DNA of 62,065 nt, counting the filler, from Sphacelaria rigidula (lineage: Eukaryota), in assembly GCA_964200075.2 (NCBI GenBank). It is 7 parts of 7 records of this genome, joined end to end, with 100 filler letters (N's around TTAATTAATTAA, not from the genome) between each part and the next. Parts side by side here need not be neighbours in the genome. Positions count along the whole stretch, not along the records: positions 35,526 to 44,305 come from CAXNAA020010116.1; positions 44,406 to 53,185 come from CAXNAA020010117.1; 5 more parts are not named here. One strand, 5' to 3'. This document shows, in pieces, positions 38,846-51,699 of this stretch. Both the position numbers and the translations under genes were made by a program. The notes beneath the pieces are model-generated. The model saw only the letters and a program-made list of their open reading frames with translations. It was not told the DNA's origin and ran no database searches. Every line of letters starts with the position of its first letter. The stretch's first letter is position 1.

Positions 38846-39911
38846 TGAAGTGCGCGCGGGAGCGGCGGGTCGCGGGGAGGGAGGGGTGAGAAACACAAGG
38901 CTAGGAGCATGCTGTTTGGGGGATAGAGATGGTTGACAGTTTGGACGGTTCACGAAGCAAACCGACGGTGGTGGGCGCTTAGACAGTGTATATTATGAAT
39001 GTACTGTACCTATACTTGAGGCGTTGCGTTCAACATATGCCAGCACAGTATGGTACGAGCCGTTCTAGACGCGAAAACGAGGGCACCGTGTTTTCCCGCA
39101 CACTCCAATGCTTTGCTTTTTTTCAGTGTTGACATGCTGTTTTTGATTAGTTTAGGAAAAGTGATACGTGCATGTACATATTTGGCAACGGTACTCATGT
39201 CCCCCAATGTTCGGGTTTTTTCCGACGACGACGACAACAGTATAACCTCCCCCCGCTGTGACCAGCGGATGCTAGATACTCCGTCTCGAAAGGGATGCGT
39301 GGTCAATGGTCAAACGACTAAAGCAGGCAACAAATGAGCACGCCCCCTACTCCCCGCTATGATCAGTACACCCCCGCTGTGTCCAGCGGAAGGGTTGAAA
39401 ATTGCGACATGTCTCGTGTAAGCGAGACAATGTTTTGTCACGTTCAGAACGAGCGTACGGCATCACGATTGCTTCAACTTTTAAACAGATTGCAGTGCTT
39501 TTGCTTCGAACATTCTCTGTTGTTACCTTCACCTTGTTTCGGATATTATGGAGAATGACACTCGCTCCTGCCGTTTTCATTAGCGTGAGTTCTGTCGCAA
39601 AACGAGCCCGGAGAGATATGCCTTTTCGAGGTCAATTTTTCATAGCGGTGTAGGATAGAATGTTTCCGTAGAAAAGCTTCAGGTTCGAAATGTTATTTCG
39701 GCGGCGGGAGAGGGGGTTATTTCTCCCTGCGATGCGCGGTGCTGGCCTATCTCGAGGGATGAGCCCTCGGTTTTTGCTGGTCTACTAGTAGTAGTGTGTC
39801 GGAGGACGTACGGCAACCTGGCATCACTGCAAGCACCACACACGATACGGCAAAATGCGATGCGATGCCGAAGGTATCTGTGATGACATCTTGACAGATT
39901 TAGTAAAGAAC

Positions 39912-40329
39912 AGCCTGGATCCGTTTTTGAGGTTGAACATTGTAATGAGTTTCAACTCAAAAACAGTGCTTTCCCTGACCTGAAGTCATGACCAGTGAAC
40001 TTCACATGGACGACCTCATGCCCCCCGACCTCCTCAAAACTATTTTCGAGGGTTGCCCGTCTTCCGTGCCCCTAAAGCGTAAGTGCGAAAGCATCGTTTC
40101 GCCTCCGTATCGGGGCGAAAAAGGGGACGTTTTTAGCCCGAAATTGGTGCTTTCGCATATACGCTTTGAGGGCACGGAAAACGGGCAACCCCCGAACATA
40201 AGTTTGAGGAGGTCGGGGGGCATGAGATCGTCCATATGAAATTTATTGGTCATGACTTTAGGTCAGGAAAAGCACTGTTTTCGAGTTGAAACTCATTACA
40301 ATGTTGAACCTCAAAAATGGATCCAGGCT
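39912..40329. mobile_element. 418-bp near-perfect palindromic MITE in an intron
   Basis: Arms of ~185 bp (39912-~40097 and ~40142-40329) are reverse complements with scattered mismatches. Termini are AGCCTGGATCC..GGATCCAGGCT. No TSD found. Confidence 0.9.
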
Positions 40330-42454
40330 CTTGAAGCAGCTAACATGCTGTAATGATCATGATCAGAAGTTAGCTTGCCAATAGGCCACAAGACTTGGAC
40401 ATTCCTCAGATCATTATGCTTCCCCGAACGCTTTGGATGGCGGTCTCTGACGACGTTCGTACAAAAGGTTGTGTGCCAGCCAAGGGCGGTGGGGGTTGCC
40501 TTACTTCCAAGCCAAAAGCCCGTCGTGTTGTTTCTTCGCTGCACTCGCATCGCCAATTCGCCGCAATATTAATCTCCGTAGGCGTTTTCATCATCACCAT
40601 CATCATCACCATCATTATCACCATCGACATGCGATCGATAGCTGGGAACGTCTCAGTACCTACATACAACGGCAAACCATTACCGAACTAACCCGTCACA
40701 AGCCGTTCTACTACCGCCTTTTTTTGCTAGGTTTCCGCGATGCCCTAGTAGCATTGGTCTGGATGAAGCACCCCGACATAGAGCACAGCGCACGCGGTGA
40801 GCTGCTGCTGAAAACGCTGATTTTCGATTACATGCTGGTCAAGCCAGAGTTGGAACGCGTTCGCGACAAGGCGTGGCTTCAGGCCAAGGTGCGCTTGGAT
40901 GAAACGATGAAACGTCGAGAGGTCCATTGTGCTATCCTATGCTTTTTTACATTTGTCTAAAATAAGACAAGCCCATCTTGGCCGCGTGGGACCAGGGCTT
41001 GGGTATGTATTGGCTAAAAGAAGCACCTCGCAGGCTCTCAAGGTATGCCCACGCGGCATCTATCACTGAAGCTTACTTATATAGGCCCTGCATAGCTCAG
41101 GCTGTCGAGATACGACAAGGCCAATCCCTTCGTTGACCAGTGCACAGGGACGGCTATCAATATTTAAACATGAATGCCAATGATCACGAGGGTACTCTTC
41201 TGTGAACCCGCCCGGGTATGATGATGACACCTCATGAACAGGTGTTGTTTTTTGGTCACGCGGCGATTTTTGCGGCACAGAACGCTCACTTTGGACCGCC
41301 CTGAATCAATTCTGCGGGGTTGTTTATCCAAACGCTCTGATGCAAAAGCGTTTTTGTCGCAAGCTTCTCTTCTCTGAAGATATGACGAATAAAATATGAT
41401 CAACATTTGGGAGGGTTCTCCTGACATCTTCAAGACTGGCAGAAATATCGCCGAGGACGACGACACGCGCGCCCGGTGTGTCCCTGAAAACATTTCGAGC
41501 TAGCCGAGGCTCTCTATATCGTTATTTCAAAACCATGTTTCAATCACAGACAGGCGAATGTGCCATTCTCATTCATAAATCTACTGCATACATGCGTCGT
41601 CTATGGTATGACGTGGTCGAGAACAGCAGGCAGCCACCACACTTGAATGTTTTGAATTTCCCCCCGAGAACAAATATACACCTAGACGTCTTTCTTGCAA
41701 TACAGGGGCGAGTCAGGCACCAGCGTTTGATTCTTGATACTTGGTACGTTTTGTATTTTTCAATATATGCATACATATTTGTGCGTTCGTATAAAAAGCT
41801 GGTGTGAAAGCATCAAAGTTGTCCCGAAGGCATCTTTGCTTGATGCTTGTGCGTGTACGGTCTTCACACACCGATGGCGTTATCCTTACGGGTATGTAAC
41901 CGCGTAACGGTAACGGCGATTCACCACTACCATATAAAGGGGGTCAACTGGTGGAATCAACGAATTTCTGTTGACACACCAGTGCCTCAATCATCATTTC
42001 TGAAACGCAGGACGCTGCAATACGTGCGGAGGCACCGCTGCAGTGCGGAGCCGCGAGGATACAGGCCGTGTGGAGGGGAAGGCGGGTTCTGTGGTTCTAC
42101 CGAATCCAGCGGTCGGCGGCATTGTTGCTCCACGTGAGATACAAACTGCGGTGCTGTATATCATAACACATCAAGACCGTTTTCGTTTGCACTCGTCGGC
42201 CACTCCTTCTCCCGGTTTTGTAGGGGCAGACCCCCCTGTAGGGTTGGCGTCCGTCGGCGATGACGGTGTAAAACACGCCACTTACTGCGTAAGCTAGGCT
42301 ACCAGGTTACCGATTTTAGTTTTGCGCTTGCGTTTTTTTTTGCGGTAACCATGATGGTGGTCGAGCTAGATCATATTGTGCGGGGTGGTAGAACCCCAAC
42401 TCCGCGCAAAGGAGACGATCGTACTACGTGGTATTTATATGATGAGACACGCAT

Positions 42455-42880
42455 CAAGTAGCCTATAAGGCGAGGCTGTCTGTGGAAGTGGCGATACCAC
42501 AGAATACAGCAAATCATTGTTGGCTGTCATCCGTATGAAAGATGATCGGTACGCTTCGGGCGGAACAATCTTAGCACGATGCAGCTCACCCTCCATGCGA
42601 CTCGCCGAGCACACCACGGCGCTTTGCGCTTGGTGATTGATTGCGAGCCTGGTCCAGCGAACACCCGGCGTGCTCCGTCCCGGCTTTGTAGGGATGCGAG
42701 GTCTATTGCATGCACGATCACGAGTACACCCCCCGGCGGTTCGTGCTTGATAATTGGATGCGAGCATGGTCCGGCGAAAACCCTGCGTGCTCCGTCCCGG
42801 CCCTGTAGGGACGCGAGGTCAATGGTCTTATGCCTATGGCATGCATGATCACGAGTACCCCCCCCCCCACCCCCACCCCC
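42455..42880 (+). repeat. Dispersed repeat with internal ~115-bp tandem duplication, ending GAGTAC-poly(C)
   Basis: Homologous to 27435-27730. Units at ~42630-42735 and ~42745-42860. Confidence 0.8.
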
Positions 42881-44305
42881 CGCCCGCGCCATCTAGCGCC
42901 CGCATCAGAGCCATTAACTGGGTAAACTGAAGGGATCAGCCCGTCCCTACCTTGTCACGCACCTCGCATGTCATTTGGAGTTTATATTTCTTTGCCTTGT
43001 CACATTCTCAATCTTCCCCCCGACCCACTCCTCGGGACGCTTCTGTGGTCCTAACAGATCAAGACATCTCTCTCCCGATCAACGGCTTGAATTTTGGTAT
43101 CGAAGATTAAGTCAGCACTCCCTCACCGCGTGGACTCTCGTAAAATTAATTCTCATTGCTACTTCCATCCTCACGTCGCCAACGGCGAAAATCGGACGCT
43201 TCTCAGAAAAGCACGATTTCATCTGTCGAGCATCGAAGCCGCATTTTCCGACCACACTGATGTCAATCTATAGCCTCACTTGAAGTTCTTCACACAGTCC
43301 TTTCACACATACAAAATCTTGGCTTATTACCGCACATCAGCTACGTGCGGTCAGTTACAACGAATTGTACGAACTTTCGACATTGGACCAGCAGCATGCG
43401 CCCCCTAAGAACAAAAAAACTGAGCTGCTGCTCTTGGTGTGGCATCTCTGGAAGCGCAAGATTGAATTATATCAACGAACGAACCCCTCGCGACAGCACG
43501 ACCATCGAAGCCTCACACATCTATGCCGCGATACTATTCCAGTAGTAGTTTGGTGCGGTCAGTAGAGTAGTGGCTTCTCGGCACGTGTGAACAACCCCGC
43601 ACCCTTTTCCTTGATTATATGACGCTTGCTAGGAAAAACCGACATACGAATATGGGCCTCTCTCTCTATTGATTGCTGCTGCGCTCCTTGAACACTAACC
43701 CACGCTATCTCAGACGAGACGCATTTGGTCAGCGCTCGACGGCGTGAGCCACAAATGTATCGGCAAGTAGTCCGTTTGTTGTGAGAACGCCCTTGCTCGT
43801 GGTGGAACTGTGTCTGCCTTCAGATAAGAGCTTGTGCTTACATCAAAAGGGTGAAGTACGATCACTATTTGAAGGTACCACCCCTTCCCCCAGTGCGCTT
43901 TCGCTGTACATGAAAAACGTACCCCACAGCTCACAGCGTGGAATATGCCAGCCCCCACGTGGTCCACTTCAGCAGCGGCTGAGCCACTGCCAGAAGTATT
44001 TCGTTTCACTTGGCATGGCAAAAGCCTCTCCATGGTCGTTGATTCTATACTTCATCGCCCTAACCCTAATCTGTATTGCTGTCCTTGCAGCAAGCCATAT
44101 ACAATACTCACGATGATACCTCCTACACGCGATTGGAGCCTGGCGCAACAGTCATTGCTCACACTTGCGTACATGAGAACGGTAATGATGATGGAGACAT
44201 CGTCGGAGTGTTCTGTAGGGGTGTGACGGCGGATATTAGTCGCTTAAATAGAAGGCGTTCTCGATGTGCGTGATGTGGGCAATAGGTCGTATTCCAGCCG
44301 TACGT

Positions 44306-44405
44306 NNNNNNNNNNNNNNNNNNNNNNNNNNNNNNNNNNNNNNNNNNNNTTAATTAATTAANNNNNNNNNNNNNNNNNNNNNNNNNNNNNNNNNNNNNNN
44401 NNNNN
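44306..44405. other. Artificial contig linker
   Basis: N44-TTAATTAATTAA-N44. Confidence 0.98.
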
Positions 44406-44977
44406 GAGTACCCCCCCCCCCCCCCTCCCCTTCATTTTGTTTTCGTACTGATTAACCCCGTACTCGTAGTGGTTGATGTTGTGTTTTGTACTTGGTATGT
44501 GGTCTTTAGTTTCATATCTTGTGTGTGTGTGTGTGTGTGTTTTCCCTTCTGTCGTGTTTGTTTTTTGTTGCTTTGGACCCTGATTTTGTGTTTCGGTTTT
44601 CGTTGCCTTCGCGCCAATTGTTTTAATTTGTTCTTGTCCTTGTTCTTTTTTGTTCTTCTTCTCTTCTTTTTTTCTCTTTTTGCCTCGTGCTATGTTTTCG
44701 ATTTTGTGTGTTCAAGGGTAATTTTCTTGGTTAATCCTGGGTTCATCTGGCAAAGTACAAGTGACGACCGTTTCATTCCTGACCCCGAATCTGGAACCTT
44801 GAACCTCCATTCTCCGCGCCGTACATTCACAACCGTTCCGTCTTATGGAACAGTTGCCACGAGTTATTTACTTTTTCATTTTTTCATTGTACGCAAATCT
44901 TGTCTTGCTTTGTTATTGCATGGCCTTCATTTTGATTTGTTTGTTTTGATGGAAGAGTTTCCGGAGCAAGCGCTAGC

Positions 44978-45265
44978 CATACCTGACGCCCACGTCTGGA
45001 ATATTTGCGCTCTTGTTCAATCGCTCCACACGCGAATGCCGCCTCACCCTTCAGGATCGGTAATGACGTGCCTTTTTTTGTGTCATCTGTTGTCGGTATT
45101 TTTTTTCGATTTTTGTCTTGTCTCTCGGTTGAGAGTTTTAGGAGCGAGCGCTGCATATACCTGACCTCCCCGTCTGGAATAATTGCGCTCTTGCCCAACC
45201 GCTCCGTACACGCATACCGCTTCCCCCTGCAGGATCGGCAATGACGTGTCCCCTTTTTGTGTGCG
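44978..45265 (+). repeat. Diverged tandem duplication (~180-bp period)
   Basis: atacctgac..cc.cgtctggaata.ttgcgctcttg..caggatcgg.aatgacgtg occurs at ~44979 and ~45157. Confidence 0.85.
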
Positions 45266-45279
45266 TACCACGTCGAGTT

Positions 45280-46300
45280 TTATATTGACATGGATTTTCC
45301 TGAAAAACATTCACCTCCTTGGCTGAAAGTTTTGATCCTGCTTGCTTCATACACACGATAACCGCTCCCGTTTACAAGAACGGTTGCCACGTGTTGTCTT
45401 TTTGCTCGATGTTGCAGATTTTCGTTTTCGCTGTCACCTAGCGTGCCCCTGGTTTTGAATTTATTTCGGTTTCGGTTTCTGCGTCTATGTCGGGAATTTC
45501 GCCACGAGTGTTCCAACGTTCCTGACTCTCGAGTCTAGAACACTTGGCCTCCTTTTTTTTGCGAGTCCTGCCGCATGTGACCGATCTCGTTTATAGAAGG
45601 GTCACGGGTAATGCGACGCGATGATTTATACTTTGGTGATTGATAAGTTACAACGAGGCCACCACTGGCCGCGTCGTACATAGCGGTGTTGAAGCATTAT
45701 TATTGAAGTCGCGGTAAGATCGGTTGAAAACGTCTCCTCATACACGACCATCACGTATCATGATGAGGTAGATCGCTCTTTCGAAACTGTCCGTTCCGCC
45801 ATGGCAATACTCGACCGTTGGTACAGCCTACAGGCTCAGAGTCCGCCACTCGCTATTTTTTCTGTAACTTTTACCAGTTTTTGCGTACAATTGCCCGCCC
45901 CTAAAATTGGTCGACGGTGTTTTATTTTCTATCAGGGATTATTGGACGAAGTAACGTGACGGTACGACCGGCTGTGGGTTTTACTCCAGTTTGTATTCGG
46001 GCCAGTCTCGTTTTAGTCCGAACGAGCAAATACTGTGAAGAGTGGGCTGCGTTGGTCCCCTCTGTCCTGTGTATTTGCCGTGGTTCAGAAATGTGTTGGG
46101 TGATCTGCCTTGGAACTACGTAGTAGGTCCGAAGGTTGTGTATTGTCCACCACGTTTCTTTTGACGTGTACGGACACCTGACCTCACAAACCGGTCGGTT
46201 GTTTTCGTATCGTCGAAAAAAATGCTGCACGACTGGATCATCAACCAGGCGTCCCAAGCAAGTCGTTGTTCTCACAAACATGTACCGACAATTAACTCAC
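45280..46300 (-). pseudogene. Possible highly degraded LTR-retrotransposon integrase
   Basis: Faint minus-strand motifs (GGQL, NGQF/ERA, GSKLSAK) in an order compatible with a gypsy integrase. Weak evidence. Confidence 0.25.
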
Positions 46301-47869
46301 GTCAAACGGGTTGAATCGTCCGTATCATTCTATTTTTTCATAAACGTATGATTTTCGCGGGAAACTACCATTCCCGCGACAAAATCGGCTGTACGTTGCA
46401 GGCTTTTGCTAATTGACTGGGATGAGTGATTAGCATGAACTCGGTTATCAGAGTGATAAAATGCCTTGACGGGCTTGCTTGTTTTTATACCAATGACCTA
46501 AAACAAATCGGACATCTGGAAAAGAGCGCACTATTTATTCTTAATATAGGTATGGCAGGGTAGAATAATCGTTTCTCTGATTGATCTCTGATTTCCTGTG
46601 TCTATCCCGGAAATGCTTACGAGATTCTGGAGACACTGCATTTTGTGGTACATGGTTTTGGTTGTTGATTTTGGATTTTTGTTTTTTTTCCATGACTCCG
46701 TCTGAAGAGCTCACGGAACATGAGGACACTGAATTATTGTACCGGTTCGATTTGTATTCTCTTTGCTTTGTGCTTGCGTTTGTATTTCCTTGGTTTTGTT
46801 TTGTGTTGATCGCCCCTTCCCGTTCCCCGTATCAAAGAGGACTCGATCTTCGAATGGAGTCTCAGTTTTCTGTGGTGTTGGAGAGGTGTGGCTCGATGCA
46901 AGTTCGTCCCTTCTGAAACGTGACTGCACTTGAAAGATCCAGGGTGGGCTAATGTAATGGTAAATAACTGCGTGCCTGAAGTAAACTCGTTCTTTGGGGT
47001 TCGCAGATGGGTCCCCAGAAACGATCGGCGGGTATAGAAAGATTCTAGTCGAATACATGCTGTATAATGCAGGATTTGGATTGTCTTATTGTTGAAGCGT
47101 TGATGTCGGAAATGGATTGTACCCGATTAGCCGCGTGTACCTGCTGCTACTACAGCCTTGATTAGCTAAAGGTACGGCGCGTCGCGGTGATTTTGTATTA
47201 TGACAAGGTTGTACGCGGGGCAGGAGGACAAACTGACAGAATAGCTTTCCCCAGCTGTTGTATCTCGCCTACTGAGGTCACTCGACACACCGACCGGCCT
47301 CCACGCACCTATTGGATAAAGGAGAGCTTTTTAACCATCACCTACCACCTTCGGTCTCTCTGCCTCCACGGTCGCGAGCCACAGCAATTGACGTGAGTCT
47401 CTTGTTGTGCTGTACTTTTACCCTCATTCACGATTGATATTGTATTCTGGCTTCGGGGCTATGTGGTTTTTCCCTTTGACAGCTGGGCTATTGTATTGAG
47501 AGATTGGAACACCAGTTGGGTGTAGCAATTCAATCCAAAACCGCTTGTTGACACCTCACAAGGATGTGGCTTGCTTGCGTTCGGCGTATACGGTCTTACT
47601 GCTTGCGGTATTGCCTATACTGCCACAGCGCACTGTGCAGGGTCCGTACAGGGTCCTCCACGGTCTTTGTGAAAAAACCCTGACAGTGAAAATCCAAATC
47701 TGTACCCCTCGTAGCGTTTTGATAAGGTTTTCCCCAGGATTGGGTTTACAGCCCTGTGTAGGCTTGACGGCAAAGCCTTGCACAGTCATATGGTATTATT
47801 TTGGTAAAAACGACTGACTTTCTTCTTTTTTATTCCAAATACTTTGGTACAAAATCTGCAAATTTACAT

Positions 47870-48270
47870 ATTTTCAATAGCTTGTCCTCCTGTCCGAGGT
47901 AAACTCCTCTTCACCCGATTTGAATAGGGCAAGAAGGAATTTATTTTGGACAGCAGGACAAGCTATTCAAAACAGATCCTTTTCTCACCCAATTTATTTC
48001 AGCAAAAAAAATGATTTATTTCGAACAGCAGAGGAAGCTGTTCAAAATCGATATTTTTTCGCCTATTTTTGAAATGAGGGAAAGAATAATCTATTTCGAA
48101 CAGTTTCTGCTGCTGCGCGAATCCCATGCACACTGGCAGATTTGGAATTTGAGCAGCAGAACAAGCTCGAAATAAATATTCACTTTGCCCTCCAATCCAT
48201 CGGGAGATTGGGGGAAAATATATTTTTTGCGAGCAGCGTCAGCTGCTGGGCAAATCCCGCATACTGCACC
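47870..48270. repeat. Array of short direct and inverted repeats (cagcag.acaagct.ttc.aaa), probably subterminal repeats of a MITE
   Basis: For example, ttttcaatagcttgtcctcctgtcc versus ggacagcaggacaagctattcaaaa. Confidence 0.55.
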
Positions 48271-48814
48271 GCTATCAACATATATATGGTATCCGACAAG
48301 CAGAAAACATTATTGAAAGTTATTTATCCTTTTACCCCTAGATCCATGCACATGAGCCAAAAAGAGAATGATTCTCAACAGCTTTTGCTGAATGGAGATC
48401 CGACACACTGATCACGATCGAATGTATGTCCACACGCCTATAAGTTAAGATACGACGCTTCCGCTCAAGATGTTGATACTGAGCTGACGGTATATACCTC
48501 GCATATGAGTCGACATTGCTTTTAAAAACCCCGTCGTCCGCAGTCTACCAAAATCACTCAACCGAGTATGCTTTTGTTTAGAGAGGTTTTTGCTTGACAG
48601 TTATTACAAGCACAAAATAATTTCGTGTCAAACACCACCTCGGGTAGCTCAATGTTCAACACTTCCTGAGCACAAAAATCGTGAGTTCAATTCTCACCCC
48701 TGCCACTTTTCAGCCGTTTTTTTCTGCCAGTACCATGCCCATGCTTTACGGAGTATTTTGTATGCGTGCTATAAAGGCTGCACAGCATATTAACAGCGAT
48801 GAATTCTACACGAA

Positions 48815-49110
48815 GTGACGAAACCCTGTGCAGCGCCCTGTGTGGCACAAAATAATACCCTCCGATCAAATCCCCGCGAGAAACCCTGCACTCCCTGAAC
48901 CCTGTAGACGTGCCCCACAGGGTGCCATTTGTCCACGTGTGCATGACCACTGTAGAGAAACCCTGTGGAGCGTCCTGTGCTACGCTGGGAAACACTGGAC
49001 AGTAAAATTCCCGCCGGAAACACTGCGTAGGGTACGTAAACCCTGTAGACTCCCTCCACAGGTAGCAATCTGTCCACGTGTGTGTACCGCTACGTACGGT
49101 GCCACAAACG
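48815..49110 (+). repeat. Degenerate tandem repeat (aaaccctgt / ccacagg / tgtccacgtgtg units)
   Basis: accctgtagac..ccacagg..tgtccacgtgtg occurs at ~48899 and ~49040. Confidence 0.6.
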
Positions 49111-49383
49111 CAGCAGAAAAGCCCACGATGAGTAATCGCGATATAACAGCACAGCGACCGTTGCACCGCAGTGTCCTGGAACCACTCGCAGTACTCCGAC
49201 TCACACCCCAAGTTGAGGTTGTCCCCAAAACCTGTGCAATAATCGAATGAAATCATTTGGCTCTGGTGTTTTCGGCGCACCCGCGTGTCTTGACTCCGAT
49301 AGACGTGCGGAGAACCCGACATGTGCCAAGATCAGCGTTCTCACGGCAGTTCGTGATACATCGAGAGATGATGTGGCGCGCAC

Positions 49384-49594
49384 TGTAATGCGTGAGAGGA
49401 CCGCGTGCTTAGAGGATCGCGCCGTAGTTCAAAATACCTCAGGATCGACGTTTTTCAAAACCAATCGGGTCGGTCCCAGCAGGTAACACGCCCATGATCC
49501 TAACCCCAACACTAACCCTAACCCTAACCCTAAACATAGGGGTGTTCATGTTCCGATGCGGTCCTCTGAGCACGCGGTCCTCTCACGCACTACA
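49384..49594. mobile_element. 211-bp MITE with TGT..ACA termini (Ginger2/TDD-like), 5-bp TSD and internal (CCCTAA)n
   Basis: 37-bp TIRs at 49384-49420 and 49558-49594 (3 mismatches). Perfect CGCAC duplication on both sides. cctaaccccaacactaaccctaaccctaaccctaa lies at ~49499-49533. Confidence 0.85.
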
Positions 49595-49942
49595 CGCACA
49601 ACATCTCAAACCCAACTAGAGATATCATGTTGAGAGGCACTCAATCTGGATTCCACGTCTGAGGTTTTGACAATTGTGATGTGAAATCTGGTACGAAGTC
49701 TCCCGGGGGCAAAATGAACAAAACTCCATGCTGTACCATTTGATTTTTTCTCCTTCCATGAGCTAAGGACGAGTGTGAACAATGCATATTGTTTGTGCCG
49801 TCAACTCAGGGAAAAACTAGAAAAATCGAGGGTCAAGTGCCCATCTTGATTTTAACGTTGCATACTCCATGCTAAAATTCGAAGCCTGTTTTTTCAAGTG
49901 AGACACAAAATTTTGATTCGGTTCCCGAACCGTTTTCGTCTG

Positions 49943-50754
49943 AGGCCGCTCCTTGTAGTAGACAAAAATAGATCTGAAAAAGTGTCTTTTCGGAGCTCTC
50001 ACGCCGTTTCATGTTCCAAAAAAGAGCTAGGTGGAGTTTAACAACTTGGAATGACTTGCTCTGCAAGTTGGGGCGGTTCCAAGACATCTTTCCGTTTTCC
50101 GGTGGCCGCAGTTTTCATTTTGTCAAACAAGAACTTTTGTCCAAGAACGGTAAAAAACAATCATGTCCGGAGAAAAGTGGCGATGTTTTCCCGTAGAGCT
50201 GAGGATTTGTACGTTTACAACGGTTTGTACTCGATTTTACTTGATTTTAGAATGGACAAAGTTCTGAGAAAATTGATGGTCTGGGGCAGGTGAGGAGTGG
50301 ACTCAGCTCATCCAGAACCTGTTTTGGTCCAAAATTGGCTGAAAGGCGTCGATTTGAGCTCCGGCAACGCACACTTTGCCTAGGAAACACACTGCCCTCC
50401 CTTGCCCGAGAGTTCTCGGTATACCTTGGTCGGGGTTAGGATTAGGGATAGCGTTAGGGTTGGCGGCATCTCCATAGTACCAACCATTGCTTAGGTACAA
50501 ATCCTCAGGTCGCCTCATTTTTTCTAGATTTGACTGTTTCCCACCGTTCTCCGACGAAAATTCTTGTTTGGCCAAAAAACTACTGAGACCACCGGAAAAC
50601 GAGAAGATGTCCTGGAACCACCTCAAATAGTAAAGGAAGTCACTCCAAGGTGTCAAACCCCGCCTAACTGTCTTTTGGGGCGTGAAACGATGTAAAAGCT
50701 CGAAAAAGGCACTTTTGCAGATTACTATTCCTGTCTATTATAAGGAGCGGCCTG
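49943..50754. mobile_element. Foldback element with ~280-bp diverged arms and a TTAGGG-like tract in the spacer
   Basis: Arms at 49943-50230 and 50476-50754 (aggccgctcctt / aaggagcggcct, ctgaggatttgtac / gtacaaatcctcag). ggggttaggattagggatagcgttagggtt lies at ~50431-50462. Confidence 0.75.
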
Positions 50755-51699
50755 ACCCAGGTGGTGAAGAAATAAGATAAAAAAAATATGAACTTATGCC
50801 GCAATGTTAATTTTCGTTTTTATTTATTTCCGACTATCGTCCTTTCGGCAACGCGTTCACGTTTTGGATGTTCACCTGTCCAGGTAATCCTCTCTGCCGG
50901 TAGTTTGTGGTGGAGAGATTTATATGCACTAAGTCAGAGCGTGATCTGTTGAGAAATGTATTGTGATCTTCAAGAGGATGTATAGCGCTTGAACCAGTAA
51001 TTGCTCACTCGCCCCATGGTACAACGCCAGCTGGAAGAGGAACTGAAATTGAGTCTAAACCGGGCAGGAGCGTGGCGCGGCAGTCGACCAACCATCGGTC
51101 GGGACCTGCCGTGAACGGGAGCGCCCTTTGCGCATGAATTAGTACACCACCCGATGTTGCTTTTTTAGTCCTGTCACATTGCTCACCTCTCTCCTTCCTC
51201 GGGACGATTCCGTGCTCTCAAGAGATGAACCCATCTCTCCCCTGATACACGCTTTATATTTTGGTACCGCAGACGGGATGAGCGCACCGCACGGCGTCGA
51301 CTTTCGTAGGGGAGGTAGAAACTATAGTATAGTTGCTACTCATACCCACATGCTTTTAGCGACGGAACCGACACGTGATGGAAAAAATCACCACAGAACG
51401 CGTCAGCCGGGAATCGATCTCATATGTTCCCGAACTAATGGAGTATCTACCATGAAACGACCGGGGCACGGCGGCATATCGAACGAGAATGGGGTCGGGC
51501 AACATGTCACTTCCTTGTTCGTATCTAATAGCCCCACGACGTGGAGGACCCTCGCCACCAGCAGTACGCTGTACTGTCATTGTAGACTGTCGTATACTAC
51601 TATACTTCCTACCCACCGCCCAAGTGCAGCCGCACAGCAGTGACAAACGAGGCTACCGCACAGTTTACCCACACCGCGCCACCGGCGTATGTATCCGGC

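Larger units (their letters stand above)
39790..44181 (+). pseudogene. Multi-exon gene or pseudogene with an IQ calmodulin-binding motif (exons ~39790-39873, 40385-40467, 40731-40888, 42011-42133, 43341-43552, 43930-43995, 44091-~44181)
   Basis: Each block has AG/GT borders and several adjacent pairs are phase-compatible. 42011-42133 encodes AARIQAVWRGRRV (IQxxxRGxxxR-like). 40731-40888 encodes GFRDALVALVWMKHP.. Candidate intervening exons near 41100 and 42240 contain stops. Confidence 0.5.

Noticed and set aside
44469-45164. Hydrophobic 231-aa ORF (similar cases at 1308-1526 and 61353-61871)
   Set aside because: These arise from T-rich low-complexity DNA and are not credible membrane proteins.
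49499-49533. True telomere
   Set aside because: It is short, degenerate, internal to a contig and enclosed by TIRs.
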